Shown: positions 33,439 to 42,786 of the stretch, piece by piece
Position numbering within the stretch: position 1 is the stretch's first letter
How the letters are laid out: every line of letters starts with the position of its first letter
Origin: an uncultured virus (IMG/VR IMGVR_UViG_3300028840_008158)
Taxonomy: Duplodnaviria > Heunggongvirae > Uroviricota > Caudoviricetes
Virus record (IMG/VR): IMGVR_UViG_3300028840_008158
DNA length: 57,056 nucleotides
Strand: one strand, 5' to 3'
The notes under the pieces: generated by a model
What the model was told of the DNA's origin: nothing
The model's input: the letters and a program-made list of their open reading frames with translations, nothing else
Database searches by the model: none
Program-made: the position numbers and the translations under genes

Positions 33439-33898
33439 CGGGGACAAGGTGGTCCTCCTCGTCGGGGACTACGACCCTCCTACCATGGACTACCTCAGGG
33501 CCATCGAGGCGTTGCAGCTAGAGAAAGGGGTCGATCACGTCTGGGCTTGCCCCGTCAAGTCGGAGGACAAGGAACGGGCTCGCCTCCTGACGATGTCGTT
33601 CTGCGCCGAGGTCGCGTCCAGGAAGAAACCCGTGACCTGCTGCACCGTGGGGCTTGATCGCGATCTCGATCCCGATGGCCTCGCCTCGTGGTGCCGCCAG
33701 CGCTATGCGACTTTCCGCTTCGAGACGGTCTCCGTTTCAGACGTCAAGTTCGCGGGGGAGGAGGGCGACGGGGTCAAGGTGTCCAAGTTCCTGCGCGTAG
33801 GGGACGTGAGGGACAGGATCGGCTCCGGGTACGACGAATCGAGGTCTTTCACCCCAGGAACGTGGAGCCTTATCCAGGCGAGGAAGTACTACCGATGA
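33389..33898 (+). CDS. degenerate HIGH-type nucleotidyltransferase-like (NadD-like) protein
   Basis: LLVGDYDPPT resembles GxFDPxH but lacks the His residues; start uncertain. Confidence 0.4.
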   Translation: MDGRSRSMMKGTRQANDGDKVVLLVGDYDPPTMDYLRAIEALQLEKGVDHVWACPVKSEDKERARLLTMSFCAEVASRKKPVTCCTVGLDRDLDPDGLASWCRQRYATFRFETVSVSDVKFAGEEGDGVKVSKFLRVGDVRDRIGSGYDESRSFTPGTWSLIQARKYYR

Positions 33899-34278
33899 TC
33901 AGGATCAAGGAAAAGATCAAGTTCAACCTCATGGAGTACCGGACGGTTGGCGGCGAGGAGAAGACGATTCCGATCAAGGCGTTCTGCTCCGCGGTCATCC
34001 CGAAGCACGGTCCAGACGACGAGAGGTTGATGGGCTTGAACATCGGGATCGCGATACCTTTCGAGGGACCGGAGCAAAGCGAGGAGTGGTTCGATGAGTT
34101 CTGCGGGGAGAAGTGGGACTTCTTCGACGTAGTTCTCTCAAGCGACGAGGGGTTTCGCATCCCCGTTTGCGTACACGCAGGCAACTACTACGACGACGCG
34201 TATGGGTCGGCCTGCCTATTTGGATATTTCTCCCCGGGTTATTTCGAGCCCAGTCCAGAGACGAGGACGGCAAAATGA
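33895..34278 (+). CDS. hypothetical protein
   Basis: coupled ORF. Confidence 0.5.
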   Translation: MIRIKEKIKFNLMEYRTVGGEEKTIPIKAFCSAVIPKHGPDDERLMGLNIGIAIPFEGPEQSEEWFDEFCGEKWDFFDVVLSSDEGFRIPVCVHAGNYYDDAYGSACLFGYFSPGYFEPSPETRTAK

Positions 34279-34616
34279 TGTGGATCGACAAGGAAAAGAA
34301 AAAGGACGGCTTCGACGGCGTCCTCCTGGTAGTCAATCACCAGGACAACGATACTCCGGATAAGCTGGAGGCGCTGGTCGATGCCGTGGCGTACGCCCAC
34401 GCCGACGGCCACGCGGTGTTCTACGTTTTCGACGACATCGAGGCGGTCAAGCCCCCGCCCGACGAGGTCGAATGGCGCGATGACATGGACTTCCTGCGGC
34501 CGTTGAAGGGACAGGGCGTCGAGGAGTTCATGAAGGCCGTCATGGACGAGATCAAGCCGAGGTTCAGCGAGGAGAAGCACGTCTTTTCCAACGGGGTCAG
34601 GAAAACCGTCTCCTGA
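34275..34616 (+). CDS. hypothetical protein
   Basis: coupled ORF. Confidence 0.5.
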   Translation: MMWIDKEKKKDGFDGVLLVVNHQDNDTPDKLEALVDAVAYAHADGHAVFYVFDDIEAVKPPPDEVEWRDDMDFLRPLKGQGVEEFMKAVMDEIKPRFSEEKHVFSNGVRKTVS

Positions 34617-34965
34617 AGTTCCTGACGTCGACGAACCCATCGTCCCCGAGCAACGTAACGCCGAACAGCTCAAAGACTTGAACGTAGAGACGATACATCT
34701 CGGACTTCGATATCCTATGTGGGTCCGTGACCATGATCGAGAATACGCCGCCGGACCCGAACTCCGGTTCGTCGCGCATCGCCAGGGTCGTTCCCCATCC
34801 GACGTCCCATAGGAATGACACGTATCCCTCGAAAGTCAGGTGACACAGGAACGGGTGCATTCTGGGTATGTCGAGGAGTCCCGAGGCGACCTTGGAGGCG
34901 GGTCCGATCGGGAGGACCTTGACGGATACGTCGTCGACGATTGCCGGCTTCCAGAATGTTATCAT
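34597..34965 (-). CDS. hypothetical protein
   Basis: 122-aa ORF divergent from dnaE. Confidence 0.5.
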   Translation of the reverse strand: MITFWKPAIVDDVSVKVLPIGPASKVASGLLDIPRMHPFLCHLTFEGYVSFLWDVGWGTTLAMRDEPEFGSGGVFSIMVTDPHRISKSEMYRLYVQVFELFGVTLLGDDGFVDVRNFRRRFS

Positions 34966-35031
34966 CCTGATTTCTTATTCGTGGGACCGTACGCGGCGTC
35001 CTTCGACGTATCATCCCAAGCCGGAGGAACC

Positions 35032-37986
35032 ATGTTCGCTCATCATCACCTTCATAGCGAATACTCGCCGCTCGACGCCCCCGTCGGGTTGAAATCGCTG
35101 GTCTCCATGTCGAAGTCCCTGGGATACAAGACGGTTACCGTGACGGACCACGGAACGATCGCCTCCTGGGTCAAGCTCGCCGGGTTATGCAAGAACGCCG
35201 GGTTGAAACCCATATTCGGCATCGAGGCGTACTTCACGCCGGACCGGACGCATCGGGAGGGGCGCAACAATTACCACCTGATCCTGATCGCCAAGACGAA
35301 CGAGGGGCTCAGGAACATTTTTCGCATGGTCGAGCAATCCTACCGGACCGGGTTCTATTACTCACCGCGCGTGGACTGGGAGCTTCTCGAGGCGCATCGG
35401 GAGGGCGTCATATGCTCGACGGCCTGCATCAGCGGGTACGTTCCGGCCCTCATCAACGAGAAGGGCTACGAGGAAGCCAAGAAGGCGGCGCTCCGGTTCA
35501 AGCGTATATACGGTGACGACTTCTACATGGAGGTGCAGAACCACGGGTTGAAGGAGGAGAACGAGCTGTTCCCGCAGGTCGCTCGCATGGCCAGCGAGAT
35601 CGGGTCCAAATTGCTGGCGACCAACGACGTCCATTACCTGCGCCGCAAGGACGCGAACGTCCAGGAGGCGCTGATGGCGCTGAACATGGACAAGTGCCTG
35701 AAGGACGAAAACAGGATCAGGATGGAGTCCAACGAGTTCTACCTCAAGAGCCCGGAAGAGATGTACGAGGCGTTCGGGGGGAAGAACCGGCAGGCCATCC
35801 AGTCCGCCGTCCAGATCGCCGAGGAATGCGTCGCCGAGATGGAGTTCGGGAAGACGCAGCTCCCATCGTTCGAGATACCCGAGGGCGAGACGCCGTTGGA
35901 TTACCTGGAACGGCTCTCGCGGGCCGGACTCCGCGAGCGCGGAAAGGAGGGGATCGAGGAGTACGAGGAACGGTTCGCCGAGGAGATGGGCGTCCTGCGA
36001 AGGCTGCGCGACAAGGGGCGAGCGTTCGACGAGTACTTCCTAGTCGTCTGGGACTACGTCAACTACGCGTGGAAGAACGGCATACGCGTCGGGGTAGGGC
36101 GCGGATCGGGCGTGGGGTCGCTCATCCTGTACTGCCTTCGCATAACCAACCTTGATCCGCTGAAATATGACCTGCTGTTCGAGCGCTTCCTCGACGAGGA
36201 ACGCAACGAGATGCCCGACGTCGACATCGACTTCGACAGGGAGCGCGGCGAGGAGATCCTGAAGTACGTGTCCGACAAGTACGGGGATGATCACGTCGCG
36301 AGGATCATGACGTTCATCACGTACCACGTCGCCGCTTCCATAAAAGCGGCCTACCGAGTATTCGATCCCGGCGGGACGTGGGAGCGCGAGCAGAAGAGCA
36401 ACGGTTCGGCATCGGGCGGCAAGTACAAGTTCAAGCGGTCCAAGTCCAAGTCTGGTGGCTACAGGGACGAGACGGCCCGCATGGCCGACGACCTGACCAA
36501 GTTCCTTCCCAAGGGACTCGACGAGAGGCCGTCCAACAAGCTGACGTTCGACCGGGAAAAGTTTCAGGCCAAGCCCGACGAGCTGCTGTACGCCTACGAC
36601 GTCCCCGAGATCAGGGACGCCAAGGCTCGCTACCCGGACATCTTCGCCTTCGCGGAGGCCATCGAGGGGCTGGTTCAGGCGCGTGGTCAGCATCCGGCGG
36701 GCATCCTGATCACCGAATGTCCCATCGTCGATTTCGTCCCTCAGGAGTTTGCTGGCAAGAAAAACGACCTGGCGACCGCCTGGGACATGGTGGACGTCGA
36801 CAAGCTGGGGGGCATCAAGTTCGACATGCTGAGGACCAAGGTCCTGACGGTCCTCACCACCTGCCTGGAATCGATCAAGAGGGTTCGCGGCGAGGACGTC
36901 GACATCGACAACGTCGAGCCATCCGATCCGGGCGTCCTGGGTATCTTCTCGAGGGGCGACACGCTCTGTATTTTCCAGTTCGAGTCGGATGGCATGGCGA
37001 AGACGCTCCGCGAGATGAAAGTGGACTGCTTCGAGGACGTCATCGCGGCCAACGCGCTCTACCGGCCCGGCCCCAAGGACAACATCCCGTCATTCATCAG
37101 GCGCAAGCATGGGAACGAGAAGGTCAACTACCCTGCCCCCGCTCTGGAGGCCATCCTCGGGCCGACCTACGGGATATTCGTCTATCAGGAGCAGGTGATG
37201 AAGGCGTGTCGCGTTTTGGCCGGATTCAGCGGCAGCGAGGCTGACCGGGTCAGAAAGGCGATGGGCAAGAAGAAGATGGCCCTCCTGGAGGAGATGAAGG
37301 GCAAGTTCCTCAAGGGCTGCGAGAAGGAAAAAACGTGCTCTCCGCAGGTGGCGTCTTCGATCTGGGAGACCATGAAGAAGTTCGGAGAATACGCGTTCAA
37401 CAAGTCGCACGCCGCCGCCTACGCTTACACGGCGTATCAATGCGCCTACCTGAAGCATTACTACCCGGTCGAGTTCATGGCCGCCCAGATGACGGTAGAG
37501 GCCAACGTCTCGAAGACGCTGGCGAAGTACGAGTCCGGGACGAGGGGCATGGGGATTCGAATCCTCCCGCTGGACGTGAACAAGTCCAAGGGCGACTACA
37601 CGGTGGAGGGCTCCAAGGAGAAGCTCGCCATCCGTCGCGGATTCAAGGGCGTCAAGAACCTCGGACGCGCGTACGCGGACATCGAGGCCGGGCAGCCCTA
37701 CAAGAACATGTTCGACTACTGCATGAGATCCGGCGACGGGTCCAGGAAGGACGTCGTGACGGCCCTCATCGACGTGGGGGCGTTCGACTGGCTGTTGGAC
37801 GGCCTGACGCGGGTTCTCGGACGCGCAGCGACGCGGGCGGACATCGAGTCCGAATACGTCGACAAGTCGTCCCGCGCCAAGAAGGAGAAGAACATCAAGG
37901 GCGCTCGCAAGGAGGAAAAGGAGGGGATCGGAATCCTCTTTGGAATGGACGAAGAGGAACCCGCGTCAGGGTTCTCCATGGAGTGA
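35032..37986 (+). CDS. dnaE: DNA polymerase III alpha subunit, C-terminally short
   Basis: PHP HLHSEYS/TDHG, GRGSG.GS, FERFL, PDVDIDFD, FNKSHA; GGAGG RBS. Confidence 0.95.
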   Translation: MFAHHHLHSEYSPLDAPVGLKSLVSMSKSLGYKTVTVTDHGTIASWVKLAGLCKNAGLKPIFGIEAYFTPDRTHREGRNNYHLILIAKTNEGLRNIFRMVEQSYRTGFYYSPRVDWELLEAHREGVICSTACISGYVPALINEKGYEEAKKAALRFKRIYGDDFYMEVQNHGLKEENELFPQVARMASEIGSKLLATNDVHYLRRKDANVQEALMALNMDKCLKDENRIRMESNEFYLKSPEEMYEAFGGKNRQAIQSAVQIAEECVAEMEFGKTQLPSFEIPEGETPLDYLERLSRAGLRERGKEGIEEYEERFAEEMGVLRRLRDKGRAFDEYFLVVWDYVNYAWKNGIRVGVGRGSGVGSLILYCLRITNLDPLKYDLLFERFLDEERNEMPDVDIDFDRERGEEILKYVSDKYGDDHVARIMTFITYHVAASIKAAYRVFDPGGTWEREQKSNGSASGGKYKFKRSKSKSGGYRDETARMADDLTKFLPKGLDERPSNKLTFDREKFQAKPDELLYAYDVPEIRDAKARYPDIFAFAEAIEGLVQARGQHPAGILITECPIVDFVPQEFAGKKNDLATAWDMVDVDKLGGIKFDMLRTKVLTVLTTCLESIKRVRGEDVDIDNVEPSDPGVLGIFSRGDTLCIFQFESDGMAKTLREMKVDCFEDVIAANALYRPGPKDNIPSFIRRKHGNEKVNYPAPALEAILGPTYGIFVYQEQVMKACRVLAGFSGSEADRVRKAMGKKKMALLEEMKGKFLKGCEKEKTCSPQVASSIWETMKKFGEYAFNKSHAAAYAYTAYQCAYLKHYYPVEFMAAQMTVEANVSKTLAKYESGTRGMGIRILPLDVNKSKGDYTVEGSKEKLAIRRGFKGVKNLGRAYADIEAGQPYKNMFDYCMRSGDGSRKDVVTALIDVGAFDWLLDGLTRVLGRAATRADIESEYVDKSSRAKKEKNIKGARKEEKEGIGILFGMDEEEPASGFSME

Positions 37987-37990
37987 AGAC

Positions 37991-39103
37991 ATGAGCTGGG
38001 GAGACATCATCAACGGCCCGGTAGAGGAAGAAAAGAAGCTGCTCCGCGACGACTGGAGCGAGCAGGAGAGGAGGTTCAAGGACAACGTCAAGTCGTTCGT
38101 CGATTCGATCGAGGTGGCCAACCCGTTGGTCGTCGAGTACCCCGAAAAAGCGAAATCGCAAGGTGACCCCGTGCAAAGCGTTGCAAATTCCCCCGAAAAA
38201 AACGAGAAAAAATCCCCTGAAAAGAAGGAGAGCGGGGGCGCCTTTGTAGAATCAATCTCGAGGGCCGATGCCCCACAGGAAGTACCAAGACCAGCGGAAC
38301 CAGCGGAACCAGAACCAGCGGAACCAGCGAAACAAACGGAGCCCAAGGACGTGCCAAACCCCAAGACCCCCGAACCCGCCAGCGAGGATTGGATTTCTTC
38401 CGAACCTCAAAACCCCACCAAGAAAGGCCCGCTGCCTTCCTTCTCGGACTTCGACGCCGAGGGCTTCGAGCGCGAGATGGCGAAGATGTCCGACGTCATC
38501 GAGCGCGTCAAGTCGTTCGACCTCAGCCACTACGCTCAGCAGATCGGGACGTTCGGGGTCCACGTCGACCTCGACGCCCATCGCGAGAACCCCGAGGTCA
38601 TCGCCTCGGCATTTACCTTGATATACGGGGCGTATACCACCGTGCATGCTCGTCTTATGGAGCTACTTCCGATCCGGCATCGGATCGATTCCGTCGTCGA
38701 TTACCTTACCGACATCGGGGTGGCATTCTCCAAGGCGAGCAACAAGGAGCGCAGGATGGGCCAGGTCAAGCTCGCCCTCGGCGACCTCATCCAATTGCAG
38801 GACGACGTTCGCGAGGTATGCGACAGCTACGAACGAACCTGCAAACACCTTTTGTCCCAGCACGACATGGTCAGCCGATTGTTCACCTGGCATCAGAATT
38901 ATCTCATTCCGCGAAATGTGGGGATGCGCCTGCCGGCTGGCGACGACGCCCCCAGGGCGCCGTCCGCTCCTCGGCGAACGCCGGAGCCCGAGGAGCCGAA
39001 GCGTAAGTTCGAGGACAATGAATTTAGCGGCTTGGACGACATGCCGTCGAAGCCGAAGATGAAGGACAGGCAGCCGGGCTTCGTCAATTTCGGCGAATTC
39101 TGA
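37991..39103 (+). CDS. hypothetical protein with Pro/Glu-rich linker
   Basis: long ORF, PAEP repeats. Confidence 0.7.
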   Translation: MSWGDIINGPVEEEKKLLRDDWSEQERRFKDNVKSFVDSIEVANPLVVEYPEKAKSQGDPVQSVANSPEKNEKKSPEKKESGGAFVESISRADAPQEVPRPAEPAEPEPAEPAKQTEPKDVPNPKTPEPASEDWISSEPQNPTKKGPLPSFSDFDAEGFEREMAKMSDVIERVKSFDLSHYAQQIGTFGVHVDLDAHRENPEVIASAFTLIYGAYTTVHARLMELLPIRHRIDSVVDYLTDIGVAFSKASNKERRMGQVKLALGDLIQLQDDVREVCDSYERTCKHLLSQHDMVSRLFTWHQNYLIPRNVGMRLPAGDDAPRAPSAPRRTPEPEEPKRKFEDNEFSGLDDMPSKPKMKDRQPGFVNFGEF

Positions 39104-39144
39104 ACCCGGTAATTGGAATGCGCCGAGGGCGCGAAGGAGGAGAG

Positions 39145-39825
39145 ATGGGTTTCATTGATTGGAAGTCGAAGGACGCGGGGCGACAATCCTTCGGGGGTAG
39201 CGGCTCCGGCGGCGATTTCATGAAGCTGGAGATCAACAAGACGTACAAGCTACGCATGGTGGGCAAGCCCTACGAGTATTTCCAGCATTGGGAGCCGATC
39301 ATCTGCCGGTCACCCGGTATCAAGGACGGCCAAGTCCTCGACCCGCTCATGCTGGAGCAGAAGAACCCCGCTCCTAGATACGCCTGCTGGTTCATCAACC
39401 GCGACGACGGAGCCCTGAAGATCGTCGATTTCCCGGGGTCGCTATTGGATAGCTTCCTCGAGTGGGCGAAGGCGTACAACGCGGAGCCAGGCGGACGCAA
39501 CGGTTGCGACTGGCAGGTCAAGCGGGAAGGCCAGGCGAGCGACCCTCGCAAGTCCAAGTACAAGGCGATGCCTCTTGATCGCGCTCCCTTCACCGAGGAC
39601 GAGCTCTCGATGATCAAGGCGAAGGGCGACCTCGCCGCCATCCTCGAGGAGTTCAGGAAGCCGAACACGCCGGAGGAGATCAGGCGCATGCTCGCGGAGA
39701 AGCGTGGCGACGCCGGAGGAGGCGGAGGAGGCGGATCGCATAAGCAGGGACAACAGCAACAGGGCCAGTCACAATCGCAGTCCCAATCGCAATCGAAGTC
39801 GGATGATGATGAAATACCGTTCTGA
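39145..39825 (+). CDS. gp32-like single-stranded DNA-binding protein
   Basis: Gly/Gln/Ser linker and acidic DDDEIPF C-terminus; between dnaE and recA. Confidence 0.7.
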   Translation: MGFIDWKSKDAGRQSFGGSGSGGDFMKLEINKTYKLRMVGKPYEYFQHWEPIICRSPGIKDGQVLDPLMLEQKNPAPRYACWFINRDDGALKIVDFPGSLLDSFLEWAKAYNAEPGGRNGCDWQVKREGQASDPRKSKYKAMPLDRAPFTEDELSMIKAKGDLAAILEEFRKPNTPEEIRRMLAEKRGDAGGGGGGGSHKQGQQQQGQSQSQSQSQSKSDDDEIPF

Positions 39826-39842
39826 ACCTGATGTCCCTTATC

Positions 39843-39864
39843 CCCGGGGGCATGAGCCCCCGGG
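39843..39864 (+). other. 9-bp GC hairpin between SSB gene and recA RBS
   Basis: CCCGGGGGC-ATGA-GCCCCCGGG, no U tract. Confidence 0.55.
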
Positions 39865-39882
39865 AAACAAAGGAGAAGTCCT

Positions 39883-41121
39883 ATGAGCAAGAAAACGCTT
39901 CAGGCAGCGGGAGCAGAGCCCGAAGAAGAGCAAACGGGAAAGAACAAACCGACCAAGGAGGAGAAGGACGCGAAGAAGAAGGCGCACATCCAGGAAAAAA
40001 ATCGCCTCGCGATGATGGAGCAGCTCAGGAGCTTGACGGGCCTCAACGAAAACGACTTGTATTACTCCGGGGAGAAGAACGAGGAGATCGAGGTCATTTC
40101 CACCGGCCACGAGGAGGTCGACAGCGTCCTCACGCCGGACATATACGAGAAGACGGGGAAGGGCGGCGTCCCGAGGGGGTTCATCTGCGAGCTGTACGGG
40201 CCCGTCCAGGGCGGCAAGAGCAGCCTGGCGTTGATGCTCGCCGGAAGCGTGACGCGGGAGAAGAACGTCGTCATGTGGGCCGACGTCGAGGGTAGCCTTT
40301 ATCCCGACTGGGCCGAGAGGCACGGCGTCGACAGGAAGTACCTGGCTACTATCAGCCCGGCGGCCGGTCGTTACGGCGAGTGGTACCTCGACCACATAGA
40401 GAAGGGCATCGGCAAAGGGATCGTGAAACTCCTGGTAATCGACTCCGTGGCTGCCCTCCTGCCAAAGGTGATGATGGAGGCCGATATCGAGGACGACAAG
40501 GTAGCGGCGCTGGCGAGGATGATGTCCAAGGCGATGCCCAGGTTCGTCGGGATAGCCAAGCAAGGAAACTGCGCCATCGTCCTGATCAACCAGGTCAGGA
40601 GCAAGGCCGGAAGGGCGGCCATGTTCGGTAATCCCGAGACGACGCCCGGAGGGGGCGCCATCGGGTTCTTTTCCTCGATCCGTGTTCGCTTGCAGCGGCC
40701 CGGAAAGAACGACAGGGGGATTTACCTGCATGGCGAGGAGATCGGCATGCGGTCACACATCCAGACGGTCAAGAATCGCTTTGGGCGCTGCTTCATGGAA
40801 TCGATCCTGCCGATCTATTACGGGTCCCAGAAGCCGACGATGATGGACCAGTTGCTCGACATGGCCCTCGTCAAGAAGGTCGTCTCGTCCAAGACGTCCA
40901 AGGACGAGCTTAACCCCAAGCAGTACTTCACGTTGAAGGGATTCCCCAAGCTGACCAACGTCGACGGGTTCGACGCGTTCAGGAAGGACTTGGACGTCGA
41001 TGCGCTCCGGGAGATCGGAAGGCGGCTGAAGGAGAAGAAGGGCGCCCACCTGACCCCCGAGCTGGAGAAGTACGTCTTGGAGCCGTTCATCGAGGAGGAC
41101 GAGGATGCTCCCCCGGCTTGA
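39883..41121 (+). CDS. recA: RecA/UvsX-like recombinase
   Basis: GGVPRG.I.ELYGPVQGGKS, VIDSVAAL, INQVR, FGNPETTPGG.AI.F. Confidence 0.92.
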   Translation: MSKKTLQAAGAEPEEEQTGKNKPTKEEKDAKKKAHIQEKNRLAMMEQLRSLTGLNENDLYYSGEKNEEIEVISTGHEEVDSVLTPDIYEKTGKGGVPRGFICELYGPVQGGKSSLALMLAGSVTREKNVVMWADVEGSLYPDWAERHGVDRKYLATISPAAGRYGEWYLDHIEKGIGKGIVKLLVIDSVAALLPKVMMEADIEDDKVAALARMMSKAMPRFVGIAKQGNCAIVLINQVRSKAGRAAMFGNPETTPGGGAIGFFSSIRVRLQRPGKNDRGIYLHGEEIGMRSHIQTVKNRFGRCFMESILPIYYGSQKPTMMDQLLDMALVKKVVSSKTSKDELNPKQYFTLKGFPKLTNVDGFDAFRKDLDVDALREIGRRLKEKKGAHLTPELEKYVLEPFIEEDEDAPPA

Positions 41122-41953
41122 GGATTACAAGCCGATACGGGTAGCCAGTCTTTCCCAAACGGACCGATACATGGAGTACGGCGCGAGCAGGCTCGCGCTC
41201 TGCGGTCCTCGCGGGAAGGTGGCGAGGGATTACCTGATCTTCGAGCGGGGCCTCGACCCCGCCGTCATTGCCGACTTCAGACTCGGGTACGTCCCGTCCG
41301 ACATGAAGGGACACCCGTTCGCCGGAAGGATCGTCATGCCCATCATGGACGCGTACGACAACCTGCTGGCGTTGTCCGTCCGAGCCATCATCGACGGGGT
41401 CACCCCCAAGTACTGGAACGAGCGCTTCGAGAAGAGCGAGCACCTTTTCGGGATGAACATCGCCAAGCGATGGATATGCCGACGCGGGTATTCGATCATC
41501 GTCGAGGGTCAGATGGACGTCATGTCCATGCATGGTCACGGGTTCGGGAACACCGTCGGGATCATGGGGGGCTACATGTCCCACGTCCACGTACAAATCC
41601 TCCGCAGGTGGGCCCCCGTCGTCGTCCTGTTGATGGACTCGGACTCGGCCGGACGCGGGCACGCGGACACGGCGATGGGCGTCATCGAGGCGTTCTCCTC
41701 AACCATAAAATTCTCCGAGTTGAGCAAACAGAAGGCGGCGGAGGAGTCCCTGAGGGGGAGGCGCCTCTTCAACGTCCCGACCATCTCGCGGCCTTACGAC
41801 GAGTTTCGCGGGATCATCGCGACGTTGCCGCGGGCGGTCGACAAGGACGACCCGGCGTCGTTCCTGAAGTCGAGGGGTTCCGGCAGCATGCGGTGGGTAC
41901 TCAGGAACGCGTTCTCGGAAGCAGGCATCGCTATCCCGGAGGACCTGGAATGA
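41105..41953 (+). CDS. dnaG: DnaG-like primase (catalytic core plus TOPRIM, no Zn-binding domain)
   Basis: F.GRIVMPI, PKYWN, IVEGQMDV, DSDSAG, DDPA. Confidence 0.85.
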   Translation: MLPRLEDYKPIRVASLSQTDRYMEYGASRLALCGPRGKVARDYLIFERGLDPAVIADFRLGYVPSDMKGHPFAGRIVMPIMDAYDNLLALSVRAIIDGVTPKYWNERFEKSEHLFGMNIAKRWICRRGYSIIVEGQMDVMSMHGHGFGNTVGIMGGYMSHVHVQILRRWAPVVVLLMDSDSAGRGHADTAMGVIEAFSSTIKFSELSKQKAAEESLRGRRLFNVPTISRPYDEFRGIIATLPRAVDKDDPASFLKSRGSGSMRWVLRNAFSEAGIAIPEDLE

Positions 41954-42771
41954 AGCCTCCCAGCGTCGACGAGATGGTTCGCGGCTTCATGGTCGAGAAG
42001 GCGTTGAATGGAGATCGCCGATACGACGTCTTCCACCCGTCCGCGTGGGGTTCTTGCCTTCGCAGGATCGCGTACCAACATTATAACGAGACGGAAAAAT
42101 TTTACGAAAAGAAAGCCCATGAAGTTGACTGTCGGGGGGAACGGATATACGATAACGGTCATGGAACGCACGCCAGGTGGCAGAAGTACCTGGACGGCGC
42201 GGGAATATTGCGGGGGGCGTGGAAGTGCGGCAATCCATGTTGCGGGAAGGTCTACGGGGCGCAGGAACCCCTTGGAATATTCAACCCGTCTACGGACTCG
42301 TCATGGCGTTGCGATTGCAAGAACCACATCCTCGAATACCAAGAATTAAAAGTATCGTCCGGCCCTCGGTACAACTTCGAGGGTCATGTCGACGCCATCG
42401 TCGACGCTCGTGGATCCCCTTTTTCTACCGGCGTCGAGGACATGGATTTGTTCGTTGTCGACATGAAGACGATGAAGGACAGCATGTTCGTGGAATTGTC
42501 GGAAGCGAAAAGGGAACACGTCGTCCAAGTTCATATATATATGTGGTTGCTGAATTTGAGGTCGTCCGTGGTATTGTACGAGAACAAGGACAATCAAGCG
42601 GTGAAAGAGATGTTCGTCCCTCGCGACGACGCGTTGGTCGATCGGATCAAGCGCGACGCGGAATGGCTCTTGGACGTCATAGCGCGGAGGAAGTTGCCGC
42701 CGCGGCCAGCGGGATCGAGCCCTGCTCGATTCCCCTGCAAATGGTGCGAGTTCAATCGCATCTGTTTTTGA
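41950..42771 (+). CDS. Cas4-like / PD-(D/E)xK nuclease with Fe-S cysteines
   Basis: HPS...C.R, GH.TH, GHVD, DMKT, Q...YM, CKWCEF..IC. Confidence 0.8.
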   Translation: MKPPSVDEMVRGFMVEKALNGDRRYDVFHPSAWGSCLRRIAYQHYNETEKFYEKKAHEVDCRGERIYDNGHGTHARWQKYLDGAGILRGAWKCGNPCCGKVYGAQEPLGIFNPSTDSSWRCDCKNHILEYQELKVSSGPRYNFEGHVDAIVDARGSPFSTGVEDMDLFVVDMKTMKDSMFVELSEAKREHVVQVHIYMWLLNLRSSVVLYENKDNQAVKEMFVPRDDALVDRIKRDAEWLLDVIARRKLPPRPAGSSPARFPCKWCEFNRICF

Positions 42772-42786
42772 CGAGAAGGAGGCTCC

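Noticed and set aside
41950..42771. Cas4-like gene as evidence for CRISPR-Cas
   Set aside because: No repeat-spacer array or other cas genes in the window; solo Cas4-like nucleases are common in phage replication modules.
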